Virus record (IMG/VR): IMGVR_UViG_2901201504_000001
Span: 1-64,000 of that record
Length of the DNA stretch: 64,000 bases
Strand: one strand, 5' to 3'
Source of the DNA: a virus
Taxonomy: Duplodnaviria; Caudoviricetes
Shown here: one piece after another, positions 50,880 to 60,290 of the stretch
Layout of the letters: every line of letters begins with the position of its first letter
Numbering within the stretch: the stretch's first letter is position 1
Position numbers and translations under genes: made by a program
The notes under the pieces: model-generated
The model's database searches: none
What the model saw: the letters and a program-made list of their open reading frames with translations, nothing else
Told to the model about the DNA's origin: nothing

Positions 50880-51393
50880 ATACAATGATTTTAATCAATT
50901 TGTTTTTCGACAAACTGAGGAGAGTACCAATGTAAATTTTCATTTACCAACAATAAAGGAGGTGAAAAGTTTACCAAAGAAAACGAAAAAGAAATTTCAC
51001 AAAATTGCAGTATCATTTCTAGCAACTGTAGCAACTTACATGGTATCCGCATCAAAATCAATGGCAAGTACTGTACTGCCATCAACATCAAACGACATCA
51101 TAAACATTCCGGCAACAGCACAGGGACTTCCTCCAGAACTTATGCAGATATTCGGAACAGGTCTAGTAATATTAGTAGCTGTAGCAGTTCTACTTTGCAT
51201 GGCAATGTTGATGGGAGCAGGCCTATTAAGAGCAATGAGGAAGAAAAAAGAAGCGAGCGAATGGACAGGAGACATCATAAAAGGATTAGTTCAAGTACTT
51301 TTAGCACCACCAATCATATTTTTAATCTTCTATATAGCAACAATCCTGTTCACCGGTTCAAGTTGGTTCATCAATCCTTTCGTAATACGCTAA
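50824..51393 (+). CDS. TrbC/VirB2-pilin-like membrane protein
   Basis: Signal-like segment ending SMA, then two TMs separated by RKKKEASEWTGDIIKG, a pilin-like topology. Confidence 0.5.
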   Translation: MMTTMTVNLCVKKQDELIKYNDFNQFVFRQTEESTNVNFHLPTIKEVKSLPKKTKKKFHKIAVSFLATVATYMVSASKSMASTVLPSTSNDIINIPATAQGLPPELMQIFGTGLVILVAVAVLLCMAMLMGAGLLRAMRKKKEASEWTGDIIKGLVQVLLAPPIIFLIFYIATILFTGSSWFINPFVIR

Positions 51394-52496
51394 AAAAGGT
51401 AGCTATCCCATTTGCAGTATTATCTACATCCTCACTATTATTTACATTAAAAGCTTCTGCTGAATCTTTTTGGGAAAGAGGGGATATCACAAAACATGGT
51501 TTATTTAATAAAGAGAATATCTTAGAACGTGGCGGATCAATTCAGGAATTTAAAGATGTTACTGAAAAGCTAGGTATGATTCTCGATAAAATCATTAAAG
51601 GAATGGATTGGATTGCATACGCTTGGTATCATCCTGATGAAATGTCTATTAAACTCCTAACATCTATCTACGAAGTACTAACTAAAGTCGTACTAACTAC
51701 CCCTACATTCATTTTCAATAATACTTTCATTCAAAGCATTTCATTAAAATTCTCATTAATTAGCATTGTTATAGTCACTGCTTTAACTATCGTTGAATCA
51801 ATTATGCAAATTACAAGACAAAAACATACGAAAATCAAAACAATTATAAAACGCTATTTTGGAGTGGTTACTGTTACTGGTTTTGCTCCATTCTTATTTG
51901 AAAAAGGCTTTGACTTTATTAACAAATTAACTTCATCAATTATTTCATTAGGTGGAGATTTCAGCAGAGCTACTACCACTGTGCAAACTATGGGAATGGC
52001 AAATCTGGATGTGTTAATTATGTTTGCATTTGATATTACTCTTTTAGCTATGTTAATTCCTATAATGCTTCAAAACGGTAGACGATGGTGGGATTTAATG
52101 TGTTTATCTGCAACTGCACCAATAGCCGGAGTCGCATTTGTATTTGATCGATACAGACATTACTTTGATTCCTGGTGGAGTTCGGTAAAACGTTTATCAA
52201 TGATTCAATTAGTGTATGGTGTGTTTATCACTTTACTAGGTGTATTTATTTTTGCCACTAGAGATATGGTCACAGGTTGGGAATTGATTATCAAATTACT
52301 TATAGCAGCAGGAGGAATGTGGAGATTATTAAATCCACCAAGAATAGTTCTGAATTTAACACAAGGAGACGGTAAAGATGTATTCAACATGTATGACGAC
52401 TATAAATCTGGAGCTAAAAAAGTCATTGATACTGTTACATTCAAAAACTTTAGACCTGTCAATTTCATCAAAAGTAAATTAAAAAAGAATAAATAG
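51363..52496 (+). CDS. Polytopic membrane protein, TrbL/VirB6-like (start uncertain)
   Basis: Signal peptide ending KASA, five to six TMs, RWWDL..ATAPIA..YFDSWWSS pattern as in VirB6/TrbL. Confidence 0.55.
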   Translation: MVHQSFRNTLKKVAIPFAVLSTSSLLFTLKASAESFWERGDITKHGLFNKENILERGGSIQEFKDVTEKLGMILDKIIKGMDWIAYAWYHPDEMSIKLLTSIYEVLTKVVLTTPTFIFNNTFIQSISLKFSLISIVIVTALTIVESIMQITRQKHTKIKTIIKRYFGVVTVTGFAPFLFEKGFDFINKLTSSIISLGGDFSRATTTVQTMGMANLDVLIMFAFDITLLAMLIPIMLQNGRRWWDLMCLSATAPIAGVAFVFDRYRHYFDSWWSSVKRLSMIQLVYGVFITLLGVFIFATRDMVTGWELIIKLLIAAGGMWRLLNPPRIVLNLTQGDGKDVFNMYDDYKSGAKKVIDTVTFKNFRPVNFIKSKLKKNK

Positions 52497-52508
52497 TGAG
52501 GTGTTAGC

Positions 52509-52622
52509 ATGATAACCTTATTAGTTTGCAATACAATAATGCTCATCATAAATTCATTTGTCTTATATGTAAACAGTGACTTAATAAGCAAGGTGATGGA
52601 AGATGATAAGAATAGGTACTAA
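52509..52622 (+). CDS. 37-aa single-TM peptide (not in ORF track)
   Basis: RBS GAGGTG; MITLLVCNTIMLIINSFVLYV...; overlaps FtsK start. Confidence 0.45.
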   Translation: MITLLVCNTIMLIINSFVLYVNSDLISKVMEDDKNRY

Positions 52623-54843
52623 ACCAAATAAAACCATTCAGAAAAACAGCAATTTTACGTATAAATTAGATGTATTTCATGACAAATTGATACAAAAGTA
52701 TATGGATTCCGACCATATTTCAACTAACATATACGGTTTTGAAATACTATCAAATTCTGAAATATACACTTTTACACCTACCTTAGATCGATTAGAATAC
52801 TCAATTGTAGAACAAGATTTATCCACTTATTTTAACTCAAATACTTTGCAATTATATGAAATACAAATGAAAAATCCTTTGTTTCTTCCTATATATAATA
52901 AATTCCAACAATCTCTCATAGAGCAAATATTCAATATCCAACAAAGCTATCCTGTTCTCATCCAAATCTTAATACAAAAAATAAATAAATGGAGAGATAA
53001 TGCAATCTCACAGTATGAAGAATTCTTGAAGGGGAATGATTATCCATCTGAAAATAGGATTCTTAGAAATACACAAAGCAAGATCATAAATGTGCTTAAT
53101 AAATTCGCTAACTTCCAAGTGAAAAGAAAACCGATTCAAGACGTAGAAGATAAAATTCTTAGTGATAACTTTAAGATTGAAATACGCTTTGCTATAGAAG
53201 ACAATGAGGGAGAATTTGAGTTAACAATTAATAAATTTCTAAAACAATATGATTACTATAATCAATTAGAGCTAGTCAAAATATATGATGTAGATAGTCA
53301 AATACAATTGATTAAAAATAGACAAATGAAGTCATATACACTTAATCAATTGTCCACTTCAGAAATTAATTCTCTCTTTTCATCTGATAAGTCAGATATT
53401 ACTCCTAAACAAGAAGTAATGATAACGTCCAATAGAAAAAGTCAACAAACAAGTAATCCTGAACAATATAATCATTTACTTGATGTGCTACCGAAATATG
53501 AAAAACAATCAAATGATATTGATAATGAAATAGTTGATAGATTGATACAAAGCTTCAAACGTACAAAAATAACGAACAAATTAATAAAAATAGGTGAGGT
53601 AGCAAGAGGAGCAACATTGCAAAAAGTTACTCTAAAAATCCCTAATGATATAGTCTATACGAACATTGAGAAGAATCTAAAGAATATACAGGCCACATTG
53701 GGTAATGATGCAATTAGTATGGAAATTAGCGATACTCCTGACTCTGTAGATTTCTATATTCCATGTAGTGAAAGAGAAGTAGTTTATTTACGAAATGTAT
53801 TAGAATCAGACGAATTTATTGAGCAAGTAACTGAATTAACTTTGCCATTAATATTAGGTGAAGATAGCATAGGTAAACCATTGCTTTCTGATTTAGCAGA
53901 GTTAAAGCATATTCTTATAGCAGGAGCAACTGGTAGTGGTAAATCAGTATTTCTTAATGCATTGATACTTACTATGATTATGTACAAAGAACCTGGGGAA
54001 TTAAAGCTGATACTTATTGATCCAAAGAAAGTAGAACTAGTGCCATTTAGTAAGTATCCTCAAGTTACCTTTGTAGACGATATGAATAAAGCAACAAATA
54101 CATTTGAGACATTAATCAATGAGATGAATAAACGTTACGATACTTTTGCAAGTAAAGGATGTAGGAATATTGCTCAATACAATTCTAAGTTAGACATAAA
54201 AGTACCATACTTAGTTTGTATTGTAGACGAATTATCAGATTTAATGGATACGCATGGTAATGAAATTGAATCACATATTATAAGATTAGGTCAGAAAGCT
54301 AGAGCAGCAGGTATACATTTAATATTATGTACACAGAAACCTTCAGTAGATGTTATTACAAGCAGGATAAAGAGTAATTTACCAAGCGCCATTAGCTTTA
54401 GATTGAAAGCACAGAGCGACTATAGAACTGTATTTGGTAAAGGTATTCCTTATCATCTATTAGGAAAAGGTGATGGAGTAGCGATGTTAGAAGGGAATAG
54501 TAAAGAGTTTATTAGGTTTCAATCACCTGTCATTGATCTTGATGACAATACAACCGTAGATATTATTGATAAGATAGCAGATACCTATGAAGGAATTCAA
54601 CATGAACCAATAAAAATTATTGAAACTGAAGAACCGATTGATAAACTAAAGCGTATTATAGCTAGTACAGGTGAGACTAGGATATCTGAATTACAAAAAG
54701 AGATGAAAATAAGGATTAATCTAGTCTCAGAATTAATGAAGCAGTTGGTTACCGAGGAATGGGTAATTAAAGAAGGAAAAGGATATAAGATAATTGTTAG
54801 TGAGAATGAGTTAGATAAATGGAGGGAAGTTGCTGAACAGTGA
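52603..54843 (+). CDS. FtsK/SpoIIIE-family DNA translocase lacking N-terminal TMs
   Basis: Alpha domain, HILIAGATGSGKS, IDPKKVEL, CIVDE, RAAGIHLILCTQKP, LLGKGD; C-terminal gamma-like wHTH (ISELQKEMKIRIN). Confidence 0.92.
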   Translation: MIRIGTKPNKTIQKNSNFTYKLDVFHDKLIQKYMDSDHISTNIYGFEILSNSEIYTFTPTLDRLEYSIVEQDLSTYFNSNTLQLYEIQMKNPLFLPIYNKFQQSLIEQIFNIQQSYPVLIQILIQKINKWRDNAISQYEEFLKGNDYPSENRILRNTQSKIINVLNKFANFQVKRKPIQDVEDKILSDNFKIEIRFAIEDNEGEFELTINKFLKQYDYYNQLELVKIYDVDSQIQLIKNRQMKSYTLNQLSTSEINSLFSSDKSDITPKQEVMITSNRKSQQTSNPEQYNHLLDVLPKYEKQSNDIDNEIVDRLIQSFKRTKITNKLIKIGEVARGATLQKVTLKIPNDIVYTNIEKNLKNIQATLGNDAISMEISDTPDSVDFYIPCSEREVVYLRNVLESDEFIEQVTELTLPLILGEDSIGKPLLSDLAELKHILIAGATGSGKSVFLNALILTMIMYKEPGELKLILIDPKKVELVPFSKYPQVTFVDDMNKATNTFETLINEMNKRYDTFASKGCRNIAQYNSKLDIKVPYLVCIVDELSDLMDTHGNEIESHIIRLGQKARAAGIHLILCTQKPSVDVITSRIKSNLPSAISFRLKAQSDYRTVFGKGIPYHLLGKGDGVAMLEGNSKEFIRFQSPVIDLDDNTTVDIIDKIADTYEGIQHEPIKIIETEEPIDKLKRIIASTGETRISELQKEMKIRINLVSELMKQLVTEEWVIKEGKGYKIIVSENELDKWREVAEQ

Positions 54844-54931
54844 CTTCTCTTATTTTTGTATAGTAGGTGTATATATGTGAAGGTGAAAAATTGGATTTAA
54901 AATAAGCCCCCTTATAAAGGAGGCTTTTCTA

Positions 54932-55627
54932 CTATCTATAAACTGATTTAGGAATATTTGCTTTTGGGTTTCCTACAGCATAAGGTGCTAATTCATATTC
55001 TTGATAAATCACACTTATTCCTGTATTAGTGAAAATGAAAGTTGTACCCTTATTTAGTTTTATGTCCTTAACAGTAATATCATCAAACATGATATCTTGT
55101 TTTTTGAGAAAATTATAGATATGTTGCTTTGTCTTTTGTGCCTTAGCTGGCTTAACTACATCTGGTATTGTAACTAGTTTACCAGTTTTGATGTTAAAGT
55201 TATATGATTGAACAAATCTACCGCCATGAACTCCTCCAGTGTACATATCAGTATAGACTAACACACTAATATAATTACTGTCTTGGTAAGCTAGTTTGAA
55301 TGTAGTTTTATAACGATACTGACATGAAAATGGAAATTCACTACAATATTCTTCATCATAATTCTCTTCCATTGAATTCATTAGTGCGTTATAACCATCA
55401 TAGTGTCCTTTTCCCACTTGACGAAAGAAGAGATTGATATTGTGTTGTATTTGAGTATTTTTAATTCCTGATAATTTAGGATAAGCAATGTTTTTGTTAC
55501 CTTTGTAATACACCGTTTCTGTCTTAATAGGATTAGAAGCTGCATTAGCCTGTATTACTGAAGTAGAAAATAGACCAATTGCAAATACTAACAGAATAAT
55601 AACTCTTAGAAATTTGATGTTCTTCAT
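54932..55627 (-). CDS. Secreted DUF4163/DUF3298 (RsiV/PdaC-like) protein
   Basis: Signal peptide ending ANA; IAYP..YTGGVHG..YNFN..YQEYELAPYAVG. Confidence 0.8.
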   Translation of the reverse strand: MKNIKFLRVIILLVFAIGLFSTSVIQANAASNPIKTETVYYKGNKNIAYPKLSGIKNTQIQHNINLFFRQVGKGHYDGYNALMNSMEENYDEEYCSEFPFSCQYRYKTTFKLAYQDSNYISVLVYTDMYTGGVHGGRFVQSYNFNIKTGKLVTIPDVVKPAKAQKTKQHIYNFLKKQDIMFDDITVKDIKLNKGTTFIFTNTGISVIYQEYELAPYAVGNPKANIPKSVYR

Positions 55628-56106
55628 TATGTATCCTCCTTTTTTATTATAAACTATTACAGTATATAGTAAAAATGTCCTAAATAAAAGATATATGTTT
55701 ATAAAAAATAGATTTATAAAGAAGAGTCTATCTATACTATGACTCGAAGCTGAAAATAACGACACTCGAACGATGGTGTATAAAGTGATAAAAATGTAGT
55801 GTTTATAAGAGATTTCGGTAGTTTAGGTGAGATTGAAAGGTGACTCGATAGGCTGAACTCGTAGAAACGTTGATGTACCAATGGTTTGAGCGTGTTTTTG
55901 GAGTGGAATTAGTGAAATTTTAGTGAGTTGAGTAGTGGAAAAGTCAATGTTTATAAGGGGTTTACGAGTCACTTTTCGAGTGTAATTTAGGTGAAAATGA
56001 GGTGATTTTAATTCTGAGTGAGATTATGGGAATAGGGTGATAAAATATAATTTAGTGATTAGGAAAATTATTGTGGTGTGGAAATGGAAGTGCTACGGCT
56101 CTATAC

Positions 56107-56120
56107 AGAACATATATTCC
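56107..56120. promoter_or_regulatory. Possible SOS box
   Basis: AGAACATATATTCC, one base from the box at 2983. Confidence 0.4.
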
Positions 56121-56639
56121 TATTTTAGATGTTTAATAACCCCCGGTAAACCCTTTATTTATAAGGAAAAACGTACATATAATTCTAATTATATGTAACT
56201 TTTAATATTTGGACATATAAATAGCTACATTACACAATTACATATCTTCAAAATAGATAACTAGGATATTTTCATGTATAAAATTTTAAAAAATTAATTC
56301 ATCATTCCAATTTTTACAGCGTTTATTTATATATTTTAGTCCCAGAATCGGCTATAACATAAAGCGGCAAGCCAAAGTATTATAATTATAAACTAAAAGT
56401 AAAGTAATACTAAACTTATCAAAACCAATAATAAATAGTATTATAAAGTTAATATTACTATTACACGTAGTTATCAAAACTACATATAAACTCATCACTT
56501 ATCTATCAATATCACATCCAACTATTCACCTTATCAAAATATACATCAATTGAAATTATAATATAGATAACCATTGTTAATTAAACTAATCAATAGTCAT
56601 AAACAAATTTATATATATTCCCATAAACTACTAACAACC

Positions 56640-56659
56640 TGTGGATAACATGTGTATAA
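56640..56659 (-). promoter_or_regulatory. Tandem DnaA boxes
   Basis: TGTGGATAA (=TTATCCACA) and TGTGTATAA (=TTATACACA). Confidence 0.55.
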
Positions 56660-56827
56660 CTTGTTTATATCATGTTAGTAAACTATAACCACACTACAAT
56701 ATAAACAAAAATAAAATAACGTAAAATACCAAAAATAACTATACCAAACTACTAATATATGGTATAATTGTATTATAAGTAAGGAGGTGAAAATAGTTGA
56801 ATTTATCATACGAAAGGAGGTGAAGAA

Positions 56828-56995
56828 GTGGAGTTAATGTTAGTATTGAGCCTTTTGCTTAACATACTAACTCTTATAGAAAAGTTACTCAACATACGAA
56901 AACTATACAACGACAACAAGAAAATAAACTACAAAGAGGATAAAGAAGAGCAAAAGGAAAAACCTTCTACACGCTGCGAACGTTATAGAAGGTGA
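56828..56995 (+). CDS. YonT-like type I toxin (55 aa, not in ORF track)
   Basis: RBS AAAGGAGGTG; MELMLVLSLLLNILTLIEKLLNIRK...RYRR has a TM, an LT.xEK motif and a charged tail as in YonT. Confidence 0.7.
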   Translation: MELMLVLSLLLNILTLIEKLLNIRKLYNDNKKINYKEDKEEQKEKPSTRCERYRR

Positions 56996-57050
56996 TGAAT
57001 AGTGTAGAAAGGGAACATAAGCTTCATGAACTTACATAAGTTCCCTTTCA
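56955..57050 (-). ncRNA. SR6-like antisense antitoxin RNA
   Basis: Minus-strand TTGCAT-18-TAGTAT (57056-57085), 5' hairpin GAAAGGGAAC..GTTCCCTTTC, terminator ACCTTCTA..TAGAAGGT-TTTT; overlaps toxin 3' end and the next RBS. Confidence 0.6.
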
Positions 57051-57277
57051 AATTAATACTAACATATTCCACAATAAATATGCAAATATTATCCAAATTA
57101 TCAAACCTTGTTTTAATAGTCTTTTCAATTGTCTACATTGTCACACGGATAAACTCTGACACAAATACAACATTTTATATAATTATGGATATACTCTTAG
57201 GTATAACGATCATTCTAGTAGTTTATACATCGTATCTACTGCATAAAGTTAACAAGCAGCGAAATAGTAAGCGTTAA
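57026..57277 (+). CDS. YoyJ-like two-TM protein
   Basis: Two TMs, basic tail, directly after the yonT-like gene. Confidence 0.55.
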   Translation: MNLHKFPFKLILTYSTINMQILSKLSNLVLIVFSIVYIVTRINSDTNTTFYIIMDILLGITIILVVYTSYLLHKVNKQRNSKR

Positions 57278-57499
57278 ACAACAAACGTGATTATGGGACG
57301 ATTATAGTCATTATGGTCGTTCCTTTTTCTTTAAACATTAATAAATAAAAGTTAATTAAATTAAAATAATAGTATACATCACTACCGAAGTATTGTATAA
57401 TTAATACATAAGATAAAGAGAGGAATTAATAAGCATTTAACTAAAATATCTCAATGTCTTACAATTAATACTAAATTAATTTAAAAGGAGTTAATTAAA

Positions 57500-57868
57500 A
57501 TGAAAAAACTTATCACATCTCTAACTATTCTTATTGTACTATCTGTTATTGCTATTACATACAACATTAATCAACCACAAGCTACTGTACAATTACAACA
57601 AAGTACTGGGCAAATCACAACAACTAAACAAGAAACACAATCTCAACCTATCACAGAGTCATACATCATCACTGAAGTAGTACAACATAACAATAAAGAT
57701 ACAGAATACTATGGTCAATCAACAACTGGAGATACAGGTATTTACTTCACTTCTGATTATATCAACTTAATTGATTCACTTGAAGAAGGCGATATAATAA
57801 CGGCACACTTTGAGAATGAATATGATGATAGCTTACTATATGTTCAGAAAGGAGATAATAAACATTAA
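57500..57868 (+). CDS. Membrane-anchored/secreted hypothetical protein
   Basis: Signal/TM N-terminus; RBS AAAAGGAG; upstream sigmaA-like promoter. Confidence 0.65.
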   Translation: MKKLITSLTILIVLSVIAITYNINQPQATVQLQQSTGQITTTKQETQSQPITESYIITEVVQHNNKDTEYYGQSTTGDTGIYFTSDYINLIDSLEEGDIITAHFENEYDDSLLYVQKGDNKH

Positions 57869-57939
57869 ATAAATTAATATAAAATGAAACTTTTTAGTAT
57901 GTTCATACGTCTAATATATAGAAAGGAGGTGAATCATAT

Positions 57940-58122
57940 ATGTTAAGTGGTAAAGACTTTTTCTTTTGTTACAACTATAAACTAAATAAACATCTTCAAA
58001 CAAAAGGCTTTAAATATATTACTCATGCTATCAATATTGATACGAATAAAAAATACTTTATGTATCATAAAACAAATCAACTTAGTGCTGCAATCAATGA
58101 ATATATAAATAATAAACCATGA
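57940..58122 (+). CDS. Small phage protein (DUF5659-like)
   Basis: FFFCYN..L..KGFKYIT.A...T.K.YFMY pattern; strong RBS. Confidence 0.6.
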   Translation: MLSGKDFFFCYNYKLNKHLQTKGFKYITHAINIDTNKKYFMYHKTNQLSAAINEYINNKP

Positions 58123-58134
58123 CAAAGGAGTATA

Positions 58135-59613
58135 ATGCTAATGATCAAATATAATGCGAACACTAAATATTCAGAAGTAATCAGCACCGAAGATATTAAG
58201 AAGTGGAAAGGTAATGTAATATTAGAAGGAGGAACGGCAACCGGTAAAACATATTTCATATTGAATGTGTTAGCTGCATATTGCAAAGATACAAATAAAA
58301 AAATACTCTTCTTATGTAATAGGAATTCTCTACAAGATGAATTAAGGAAAGAAATTATAAAACTTGGATTAACGGACATTATTACTGTACTTACATATCA
58401 AAAAATAGAGCATTCAGTCAAAAATAATGAAGAATTACTATTAAACCATGACTATCTTGTATGTGACGAATTCCATCATGTAAATGAAATATACAATGTT
58501 TATACTGATTTAAGTTATGATTGGATCATTAATCATCCAGGAACTAAAATATTCATAAGTGCTACATGTCACTACATATTTAATATGTTAGTTAATAAAA
58601 ATATTGTACCAAGTGAGCAACGCTATTACATACCAAAAGATTATTCATATGTAGATAATCTATATTTCTATTCAAAAAATAAGGATATAACAGAAATCAT
58701 TAACGATAAATTATTTAATACAAATGATAAGATTATATATTTCTCTAGTAATCTAGAAAGAGCAATTGAAATATATAAATGTTTCAAAGAACAATCTTCT
58801 TTCTATTCCTCTAAACATAGTAAAAAAGGAGCTAAATATATTACTGAAAACTGCATCCAGAATGAAACGTTTAATAGTAGATTACTAGTTACTACAAAAG
58901 CACTTGACGTTGGAATTACATTAAAAGATAAATCAATTAAACATGTAATAACAGATATGTTCGATATTGATACGCTGATACAATGTATAGGCCGTAAACG
59001 TATCATTGATGAAAACGATTCATGTAATTTTTATATTAAGAATCATAGCTCAAACAGTATGAAAGGAAATAAAAGTAGGTTAATAAGAATTAAACAACCA
59101 ATCAAGGTACTAATTAAAGATAAAGAACTATTTTTCGATACATATGTAAAAGATAGAAAGTTTCATAATAATTACATATATAAGGATGAAGAAGGTAACT
59201 ATACATACAATCATATTGCATACAAAAGATTAGTTACTCAGTTACTTGATATAGATGATATGGAAGGATGGTCTAATAATTACAATAAGACTAAAAAAGG
59301 TTTTAAAGGCTTCCTATTAGAAAGGTTAGGTGATACCATGACAAATATTATTGATATGGATGAAATGAAGCAAGTAGAAGAGTTAAATAATCTAGATAGT
59401 TATATTAATTCTATTATAGGTAAACCACTACTCAAAGATCAGAGAGAAGAACTTTTTCAAAAAATATCGTTAAAGGATTCTAGAGGAAGATTACAAAAAA
59501 CATTAGGTACAATAAACGGTTATTTAATAAATAATTTCAATGTTAATATTCAAACAAAAACTATAAATGTTGAAGGTAAGAGAAAGACTGCATGGATATT
59601 ATCTGATTTATAG
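58135..59613 (+). CDS. SF2 DExH helicase-like protein (YonV-like)
   Basis: GGTATGKT, VCDEFH, ISAT, TKALDVGI, QCIGRKR. Confidence 0.85.
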   Translation: MLMIKYNANTKYSEVISTEDIKKWKGNVILEGGTATGKTYFILNVLAAYCKDTNKKILFLCNRNSLQDELRKEIIKLGLTDIITVLTYQKIEHSVKNNEELLLNHDYLVCDEFHHVNEIYNVYTDLSYDWIINHPGTKIFISATCHYIFNMLVNKNIVPSEQRYYIPKDYSYVDNLYFYSKNKDITEIINDKLFNTNDKIIYFSSNLERAIEIYKCFKEQSSFYSSKHSKKGAKYITENCIQNETFNSRLLVTTKALDVGITLKDKSIKHVITDMFDIDTLIQCIGRKRIIDENDSCNFYIKNHSSNSMKGNKSRLIRIKQPIKVLIKDKELFFDTYVKDRKFHNNYIYKDEEGNYTYNHIAYKRLVTQLLDIDDMEGWSNNYNKTKKGFKGFLLERLGDTMTNIIDMDEMKQVEELNNLDSYINSIIGKPLLKDQREELFQKISLKDSRGRLQKTLGTINGYLINNFNVNIQTKTINVEGKRKTAWILSDL

Positions 59614-59626
59614 ATTAAAAGTTAAA

Positions 59627-59687
59627 TAATGCAAAATATTTGGAGTTTACTATAATATATAGTAGAATCCAGATTTTTTGCACATTA
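59627..59687. repeat. ~60-bp imperfect palindrome after helicase
   Basis: TAATGCAAAA..TTGGA..TACTATA / TATAGTA..TCCAG..TTTTGCACATTA. Confidence 0.6.
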
Positions 59688-59897
59688 CTATAAATAGATG
59701 TAGCAGTTTGTATAGAACTACCACGGAAGTGCTGTGGTAGTTTTCTTTTCGCTTTGCAGCTCAAAGGGATATACTATAATAATTTTAAAAATAAAAGTAA
59801 AATAATTTAAAATAATAATTTACATTTATAACCTAATCATGTATACTTAAGATAGTTAAAAGATACAAGTTAATACATATAAAGGGGATATGTTAAC

Positions 59898-60189
59898 ATG
59901 AATATAAAATTAAATGAAATTGAATTAAAATCAATCTACACATTAAATGATGAAGCTCAAACTTCACTAGATCACGCTAGAAACTTAGGTTACTGGTTAG
60001 GCTGCAGCACATAAAAATAACGCTTTTAAAACTCAACTTAAAAAACTTGTAAAAGCTGGAGTATTAACAAAACTATTTCATACATACGAAAATGAATACG
60101 TTGAAGCGGTTTATAATTTTGAAGACGGGAACCAGGTTTCATTCTTCGGCCATAATCATATGAGTATGAATTTATATTACAACTATTAA
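59898..60189 (+). pseudogene. Frameshifted hypothetical gene (~96 codons if corrected)
   Basis: ORF MNIKLNE..GYWL stops at 60014; the +1 frame continues AAAHKNNAF..YYNY to 60189. Confidence 0.45.
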
Positions 60190-60290
60190 AAATTAATTAA
60201 CGTAAAACATAAATACTTAGAAGGTTATAAAAAGCCTTCTAAGTAGCTAATAAAAGAGTGTTTTTATTTGATGAATTGGAGGTAAATAGT

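Noticed and set aside
51195-51362. Track start of the VirB6-like ORF
   Set aside because: It overlaps the pilin-like gene by ~200 nt with a nonsense-like N-terminus; the signal peptide indicates a start near 51360-51390.
50641-54843. Calling this block a separate ICE
   Set aside because: No relaxase, VirB4, own integrase or att boundaries seen; it is embedded among phage genes.
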